From assembly GCF_006345805.1 (NCBI RefSeq), contig NW_021830078.1:1-5244 (forward strand): a stretch of 5,244 nt of DNA, given 5' to 3'. Both the position numbers and the translations under genes were made by a program. This stretch comes from Octopus sinensis. Lineage: Eukaryota. The notes under the pieces are model-generated. The model worked only from the letters and a program-made list of their open reading frames with translations, had not been told where the DNA came from and did not search any database. The number at the start of each line of letters is the position of its first letter. Within the stretch, counting starts at the first letter, position 1. Shown here one piece after another: positions 1 to 5,244 of this stretch.

Positions 1-173
1 TCGATGTTGCTATGTTTACGTTCCCATAATTTAGCGGTTTGGCAAAAGACACTAATAGAATAAGTACTAGGCTTACAAAAATAAATCCTGGGGTTGATTT
101 TTTTTCGATCAAATGTGATGCTCCAGCATGGCCGTAGTCACGTGACTGAAACAAGTAAAACAATAAAAAAAAA
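1..173 (+). mobile_element. SINE family A, 3' portion (cut by window start)
   Basis: Colinear with 716-873: ttagcggt.ggcaaaaga, atagaataagtactaggcttacaaa, cctggggt.gattt, gctccagcatggcc, tgactgaaacaagtaaaa, followed by an A-rich tail. Confidence 0.9.
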
Positions 174-200
174 CCTATGCCATTTTAATCCCGAGCAAGG

Positions 201-298
<98 letters not shown>

Positions 299-312
299 CA
301 GACATACATACA
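201..312. repeat. Compound microsatellite (GATA)24(GACA)2(TACA)2
   Basis: Read directly from the sequence. Confidence 0.98.
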
Positions 313-375
313 TGCAACTACCCATTTTTAAAAAGGACTAATGAGACGAAAATTGAATGTATTATCAACCACTCT

Positions 376-418
376 TTAAAATTAGTTTAAAATCTTTATT
401 AAAATTAGTTTAAAATCT
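376..418. repeat. Short direct duplication, 2 x TTAAAATTAGTTTAAAATCT (23-bp period)
   Basis: Identical 20-mers at 376-395 and 399-418. Confidence 0.9.
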
Positions 419-426
419 ATCTTATA

Positions 427-873
427 GGCGTAGGAGTGGCTGTGTGGTATGCAGCTTGCTTACCAACCACAAGGATCCGGTTTCAGTCCCACTGCGTGGC
501 ACCTTGAGCAAGTGTCTTCTACTATAGCCTCGGGACGACCAAAGCCTTGTGAATGGATATGGTAGATGGAAACTGAAAGAAGCCCGTCGTATAATATGTA
601 TATATATATATAATATATATATATATTAATATATTATATATGTGTGTGTGTGGGTGTGTGGTGTGTGTGTGTACGTATATGTGTCTGTGTTTGTCCCCCC
701 AACATCGTTTGACAACCGATGCTGGTGTGTTTATGTCCTCGTAACTTAGCGGTTCGGCAAAAGAGACCGATAGAATATGTACTAGGCTTACAAAGAATAA
801 GTCCTGGGGTCGATTTGCTCGTATAAATGCGGTGCTCCAGCATGGCCACAGTCAAATGACTGAAATCAGTTAA

Positions 874-905
<32 letters not shown>

Positions 906-914
906 TAAAGAGAG
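427..914 (+). mobile_element. SINE family A, apparently full length (tRNA-like head, central domain, internal TA/TG microsatellite, 3' domain, AG-rich tail)
   Basis: The head ggcgtaggagtggctgtgtgg...ccggtttcagtccc has A- and B-box-like motifs. The copy is colinear along its whole length with the reverse complement of 3889-4297. The internal microsatellite spans about 590-685 and the (AG)n tail 874-914. Confidence 0.92.
437..490 (+). promoter_or_regulatory. Pol III type-2 internal promoter of the SINE (A box 437-447, B box 480-490)
   Basis: A box TGGCTGTGTGG vs consensus TRGCNNARYGG. B box GTTTCAGTCCC vs GGTTCRANNCC. Spacing is tRNA-like. Confidence 0.7.
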
Positions 915-1339
915 TGCCGTTTTATTCGCAAATAATCGTCGCTATTTGTCATGTGACAGCTCTTATATTAATTCTTATAGTAATTCCTTGGTTAGCAATT
1001 TTGATGTATACCTTAAAAATGCGGTTATAACAGCCTCGTGACCATTATAACAGAACACAAATCAGGTTACATGCTTGAGTTGTTATTATTAACAGTGACA
1101 CAAGCACAAATGAAGGTAAACGATATGGCCAAACGTCGGTAAAATCGAAAAAAAAACCCGATGTCGCACCCTTCGTGCACTTAATAACTTTCGATGACTT
1201 CATTACAATGCCATGTTACACATTCTGACCAAACATAATGACACTATTAAAAGTGGCGATTAATTAAGATCTAATATTATATATTACGAAACAATTTAAA
1301 TTTCGCAATTTTAAATACAAACGCCCACACCCACGTATG

Positions 1340-1729
1340 TTCAGATGAAAATGTGGCAGTGAGAAATAGGACAGAAGTGATTTTGTCTTATGATAAAGGT
1401 ACAAGCTGATATAATCACCAATAAATTTCAGCTGAAAAACAAAATAATCCGTGAGAAATAGTGTAGAAACTTGTTTTTTTTTTTACTTAAGTTTAAGGAT
1501 TAGGCCTATAACAGCAAGAAACAGAGCACAACTGCTTTTGTTTGAAAATGGAGGATCGGGCCTATACACAGGTCTATAAATTTCAGTTGAAAAAGAAAAG
1601 CTGCTGTGAAGAACAAGGCTAAAAATGAAGGGCAAGCCCTAAGCACATGATTACAAATTTCTGTTGAAAAAAGTAGCAGTGAGAGAAAGGGCAGAATAGT
1701 TTTTGCCTGAAGTTGAAGGGCCAGGTTAT
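1340..1729. repeat. Degenerate tandem repeat, about 5 units of roughly 55-90 bp
   Basis: AAATTTCWGYTGAAAAA at 1423, 1578 and 1655, with a weaker TTCAGATGAAAA at 1340. GTGAGAAATAG at 1359 and 1451. GCAGTGAGA at 1356 and 1676. GGCCTATA at 1503 and 1559. Confidence 0.65.
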
Positions 1730-1749
1730 GGATCTTTCTTGCTCATTGA

Positions 1750-2273
1750 TTGTTTTTCGAAAAATATATCTCATACCGTCTACGTTTTTTTCTTAAGCCT
1801 TATCAGAATAGTAAGCCCAAAAACCTCTATATGAATCGCTGTTCCTCAATCAATTTCATTTTCTGTAAATTCGTCCATTAATTTCGTTAGCTTATGTATA
1901 ATATTAATGAAAAATTCAGTAGACAGACTTATCCCTGGTGTCACCGGTTCTATTCTACTGAAGGATTTTCAGGCACAATTTGGAATCATTGGTGTTCTGG
2001 CAGTTGATTACTGGAACTCTTTATCGATAAATTTTACCACAAGACATTGTTGACTCCCTCAAATCTTCTATATTGGTATCAGCATCACCAACGATAATTA
2101 CTGGTGTTATTTTTTTCATCAACTTCCAGGAAATCATTGCATACTTCTGGTTACAACTTCTAGATTCCATTCAGGCAGTTCGCGGGTACATCGTCTCAGG
2201 CTGTTACGATATTATCAATGGCCTCCACAATATAGTACTTTTTCCTAGAAGTTCCAGATGGTTTTATCTTTTC
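1750..2273 (-). pseudogene. Tigger/pogo-family (TIGD1-like) transposase C-terminal remnant
   Basis: Minus frame 2243-2130 reads KKYYIVEAIDNIVTA*DDVPANCLNGI*KL*PEVCNDF, matching the Tigger DDE_1 C-terminal pattern (..DAI.NI..AW.EV....LNGVWKKLWP...NDF) with stops at the Trp positions. Downstream FEGVNN and KLMDEFTENEID (frame 1950-1846) resemble the Tigger C-terminal tail. The left boundary is approximate. Confidence 0.8.
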
Positions 2274-2540
2274 CTTGTATTAGTCATAGAACCGTGGCCA
2301 TGCTAGGGCACCTCTTCAAAGAGTTTCACCAAATAAATCAACCCCAGTACTTATTTTAAAGTCTGGTACTTCTATCGGTATCTCGTTTGCCGAACTCCTA
2401 AGTTACAAGGACGTGAGCAAATCAACACTAGTTGTCAAAAGGTAGTGGAGTACACATTCAAACACAAATGTCTATATATATGTGAGTGTGTGTGTGTACA
2501 TGCGCGCGCACACACACACACACACGCACACATATACGCA
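2274..2540 (-). mobile_element. SINE family A (diverged variant), 3' half only
   Basis: Matches the minus-strand 3' domain: gtggccatgct.gggcacc, accccagtacttat, tctatcggt, tttgccgaac..ctaagttac, gttgtcaa, then a CA/TG microsatellite. No tRNA head follows. Confidence 0.85.
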
Positions 2541-2649
2541 CATCGTTAGTACTTGTCTCCATTTTGGATGAGAATATACGAGACTACCCGAGATTTTACG
2601 GGATTTGGAGATAAATGAAAATACAGATCATGAACGATAACTTAAGAGG

Positions 2650-2655
<6 letters not shown>

Positions 2656-2685
<30 letters not shown>

Positions 2686-2747
2686 TGTATGTATGTATGT
2701 ATGTATGTATGTATGTATGTATGTATGTATGTATGTATGCATGTATG
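2656..2747. repeat. (TATG)21 CATG TATG microsatellite
   Basis: Read directly from the sequence. Confidence 0.98.
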
Positions 2748-2840
2748 GAGGAATTACAACCGTGTTTCGTGGTCTGCTACCACAACAGCTCCTTTATAGG
2801 ATCCAGTTAGCTCAAGTCATCATCAGGAGGAACCACGACA
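2747..2840 (-). ncRNA. Possible degenerate hammerhead-ribozyme-like motif (Penelope-like element or retrozyme fragment)
   Basis: Minus strand has CCUGAUGA (2827-2820), a perfect hairpin GUGGU-AGCAG-ACCAC (2783-2769), GAAAC (2768-2764) and GUA (2757-2755) in hammerhead order. The geometry is non-canonical because 36 nt separate CUGAUGA from the hairpin. Confidence 0.3.
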
Positions 2841-2861
2841 TACAGAAGCGGGAAATCATAT

Positions 2862-3336
2862 AGTCTTCCTTTTGTAATTTCTATGCATGGCATGTTAAAC
2901 TGAAATAAAAGGGGTAAGTTGTTACATGCCTGGAGTAAATTGATTTAGTAAGTGACATTTAGCCCCAACTATGGATTTCTGGGGATTACCTCGTACACAG
3001 CAATAGCAACGCATGGCATACAGGACACCCCTTCATGTATCGAAGGCAACTTTCAACACTTCGTAATGAACTACAAAGTAGTTCAGTAACACCACTTGTG
3101 CTTTAGTAGTTAAGGAAATAACTTTGTGGCAAAATTTCACTCTTGGAGTAAAAAATCGTTTTTTTAGCTATACCTTTCCTGGTGATAGCTCGCCAGTACA
3201 ATACACATGTGCAGTCATGATTCTATGGAGTTGGCCTTCACGAGGTAGAGATCCGAATGCTACCTATTTCTTGAAGTTGGAAAGAATGGGCTTGTAACAA
3301 CTTACCCGTGTAACAATTAGACCCGGTCTCCCCTGC
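2862..3336 (-). mobile_element. Probable 5' end of a pogo-like DNA transposon
   Basis: The minus-strand end reads GGGGAGACCGGGTCTAATTGTTACACGGGTAAGTTGTTACAAGCC, with two related GGGT....TTGTTACA motifs. An 18/20 inverted copy lies at 2911-2930 vs 3289-3308, followed by an ATG encoding MHRNYKRKT (2888-2862), similar to pogo HTH_psq N-termini (MPRNYKRKT). Confidence 0.5.
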
Positions 3337-3503
3337 ACACGACACAGAAACAGGTTCATGACTGTAACATATAAATCGTCAAAGTCGGTTTATAATGGTA
3401 GCTTATCGGAAGTTAATCTGACCAATGAGAGAAGTTTACGTAATCTATTATCTAACTTCATGCTTTATACCTGTCGGCTTGTTCTCCAGTGTCATTTTTA
3501 ATC

Positions 3504-3888
3504 ATGTCTCATCAACTGACTTTAGCCGAGCGTCAATTCATTCTGAAAAGCTACTGGAAACATGAAAATGCTGCAGATGTCATCAGGCAATGCCAGGAAA
3601 CATTTGAAACACGACTGGCTATATATCAAGTTCGGGATAAATTTAATAACATAGGCTCTGTGTTAGATGCACCACGCTGTGGTCGGCCCAAAACGACTTG
3701 CACAAAAGAACACAAATATCTGGTTGCTGAATCAGTATTAGAAAGTCCTTGTAAATCAACAAGACACCATGCTCTGGAGTCTGGCATAAATAGATCACTT
3801 CAGATAATGCTGAAAGAATTAAACTACAAGTCTTACCACGAGTCATTCATGGATTAATTGAAGATGATGGAGATCGTCGTTTACAGTT
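3504..3888 (+). pseudogene. Tc1/mariner transposase, DUF4817-type HTH N-terminal part (rosa/DD41D-like)
   Basis: MSHQLTLAERQFILKSYWKHENAADVIRQ...RLAIYQVRDKFNNIGSVLDAPRCGRP...ESPCKSTRH...LKELNYKSY, then a frameshift near 3836 into PRVIHGLIEDDGDRRLQ. The KF..GSV....R.GRP, SP.KS.R and ..EDD..RRL.F motifs are typical of this family. Confidence 0.88.
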
Positions 3889-4297
3889 ACTCTTTTACTC
3901 TTTTACTTGTTTCAGTCATTTGACTGCGGCCATGCTGGAGCACCGCCTTTAGTCGAGCAACTCGACCCCCGGGACTTATTCTTTTGTAAGCCCAGTACTT
4001 ATTCTATCAGTCTCTTTTGCCGAACCGCTAAGTAACGGGGACGTAAACACACCAGCATCAGTTGTCAAGCAATGCTAGGGGGGACAAACACAGACACACA
4101 AACATATACACACACGCATACATACATATACATATATACGACGGGCTTCTTTCAGTTTCCGTCTACCAAATCCACTCACAAGGCTTTGGTCGACCGAGGC
4201 TATAGTAGAAGACACTTGCCCAAGGTGCCACGCAATGGGACTCAACCCGGAACCATGTGGTTGGTAAACAAGCTACTTACCACACAGCCACGCCTGC
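3889..4297 (-). mobile_element. SINE family A, near full length, inserted in the transposase gene
   Basis: The reverse complement begins gcaggcgtggctgtgtggtaag (A box 4290-4280, B box GGTTGAGTCCC 4247-4237). It is colinear with 427-873 and has a (GAGTAAAA)-type tail at 3889-3906. Confidence 0.95.
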
Positions 4298-4450
4298 AAA
4301 ATTTTCGTTAATCATTGAGAAGTTACACCTACTCTACTCGATAAGATAGCATGGTCTAAAGAAGCACAGTTCAAGCTATCTGGAAGTGTAAACAGACACA
4401 ATTGCACTTACTGGGCTTCAGAGAACTAACCATCCAAATCAGTTGAATAA
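4295..4450 (+). pseudogene. Continuation of the Tc1/mariner transposase (first catalytic-Asp region)
   Basis: Reads [49 protein letters not shown], matching the family motif (W/F)SDEA.F.L.G.VN.HNC.YWA.ENP. The expected Asp codon is AAA (4358-4360), and there are in-frame stops at 4316 and 4427. Confidence 0.88.
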
Positions 4451-4499
4451 ATTTCTAGAGTGTTGTTTAATTGCTTTGTCTTAATTGTTATTGTAAGTA

Positions 4500-4529
4500 A
4501 TTGGATAGAAACTTTATTGCTACCCGGTA
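4500..4529 (+). repeat. Probable 3' terminal inverted repeat of the mariner-type element plus TA target dinucleotide
   Basis: ...GAAACTTTATTGCTACCCGG-TA. The reverse complement TACCGGGTAGCAATAAAGTTTC resembles the TAC(A/C)GGGT starts of this group and lies about 50-80 bp after the last transposase-like codon. No partner TIR was found in the window. Confidence 0.5.
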
Positions 4530-4776
4530 TGTGTGTGTATGTCTTTGAGTCTGTGCTAGTCCCCCCACCACCATCACCACCACCATCGCTTAACAACCGA
4601 TGCTGGTGTTTTCACATCCTGGTAACTTTGTGGTTAGGAGAAAGTGACCTATAGAATAAGTACTAGGCTTACAAAGAATAAGTCCTGCGGTAAATTTCTT
4701 TGACTAAAGAACCCGGTAAGGTGATGCTCCAGCATTGTCGCAGTCGAATGACTGAAACAAGTAATAGGGTAATAGA
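4530..4776 (+). mobile_element. SINE family A, 3' half only (diverged)
   Basis: Starts in a TG repeat, then gtcccccc, acaaccgatgctggtgt, atagaataagtactaggcttacaaagaataagtcctg, gctccagcat, aatgactgaaacaagtaa. Confidence 0.9.
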
Positions 4777-4805
4777 ATATATATGTATACAAATATAATG
4801 TATAC

Positions 4806-4808
<3 letters not shown>

Positions 4809-4844
<36 letters not shown>
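4809..4844. repeat. (TG)18 microsatellite
   Basis: Read directly from the sequence. Confidence 0.98.
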
Positions 4845-4847
<3 letters not shown>

Positions 4848-4966
4848 TTGTTCTGCAAGATTCCTAATATGAAATCGTGTCTTGAAACAGATATTGTTAT
4901 GTTCCGGGATGGTATTTTTTCTGCTAAATAAACACGCGCATAATATTTATGTATAATATATATTAT

Positions 4967-5070
<104 letters not shown>

Positions 5071-5115
5071 AATTACTTGGAAATGGATGCGTGGCGTTCA
5101 ATCATATAATAATCG

Positions 5116-5244
5116 TTTCTACTCTAGGCACAAGTCCAGAAATTTTGGGGGAGTGGGCTAGTCAATTAGATCGACCCAATTACGCAACTGGTACTTAATT
5201 TATCAACCCCGAAAGAATAAAAAAACAAAATCGAACTCGGTGAA
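5116..5244 (-). mobile_element. SINE family B, 3' and central part (head cut by window end)
   Basis: The minus strand reads ccgagttcgattttg...ttctttcggggttgataaattaagtaccagttgcgtaattgggtcgatctaattgactagcc. This resembles the gcctttcatcctttcggggtcgataaa..agtacc domain I recall from a common octopus SINE and from Meta/Sauria-type SINEs. Recognised from memory, not searched. Confidence 0.7.

Noticed and set aside
427-502. Possible tRNA gene
   Set aside because: Continues directly into a SINE body; it is a tRNA-derived head with no convincing cloverleaf.
634-855. 73-aa minus ORF
   Set aside because: Antisense to a SINE; the HTHT tail is translated microsatellite.
1340-1729. CRISPR-like array interpretation
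   Set aside because: Eukaryotic context, irregular spacing, mutually homologous inter-motif segments and no cas-like genes.
2073-2306. 77-aa hydrophobic plus ORF
   Set aside because: Starts at TTG, is the antisense shadow of the Tigger-like remnant and runs into a SINE.
2556-2611. Nested short inverted repeats (TCTCCA/TGGAGA, CCCG/CGGG)
   Set aside because: Arms of 4-6 bp are expected by chance; no TSD or second copy in the window.
2615-2863. 82-aa ORF with (YVCM)n
   Set aside because: Open because (TATG)n has no stop in this frame; no recognisable domain.
2748-2883. Inverted match AATTACAA (2752-2759) vs TTGTAATT (2872-2879)
   Set aside because: Only 8 perfect AT-rich bases; chance level.
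1750-3336. Idea that the Tigger-like remnant and the pogo-like 5' end are one element
   Set aside because: Same strand, but the C-terminal motif is TIGD1-like, a type that usually has a CENP-B-type N-terminus rather than MPRNYKRKT. No linking sequence or TIR match is seen.
3643-3846. 67-aa minus ORF
   Set aside because: Antisense to the transposase remnant.
4072-4311. 79-aa plus ORF
   Set aside because: Almost entirely antisense SINE sequence and microsatellite.
4460-4654. 64-aa ORF with a poly-Pro stretch
   Set aside because: Spans the transposon end and a SINE; the prolines come from a short (CCA)n expansion.

Overview
AT-rich eukaryotic repeat DNA with no supportable host gene; every ORF in the supplied track is either a microsatellite/SINE artefact, an antisense shadow, or a transposase remnant. 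The window is a pile-up of mobile-element debris. It holds five copies of one tRNA-headed SINE family with an internal microsatellite (1-173 +, 427-914 +, 2274-2540 -, 3889-4297 -, 4530-4776 +) and a second SINE family at the right edge (5116-5244 -). It also holds a Tc1/mariner transposase pseudogene of the DUF4817-HTH (rosa/DD41D-like) type split by a SINE, a Tigger-like DDE_1 remnant on the minus strand (about 1750-2273), a probable pogo-like element 5' end (2862-3336 -), and several long microsatellites. From memory the SINE sequences resemble abundant octopus SINEs, so an octopod host is likely (inference, not searched). Signals not explained by these features are a hammerhead-ribozyme-like motif set at 2747-2840 (-) and a degenerate ~55-90 bp repeat array at 1340-1729. 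I see no convincing evidence of a new biological system; the hammerhead-like segment is the most testable candidate.
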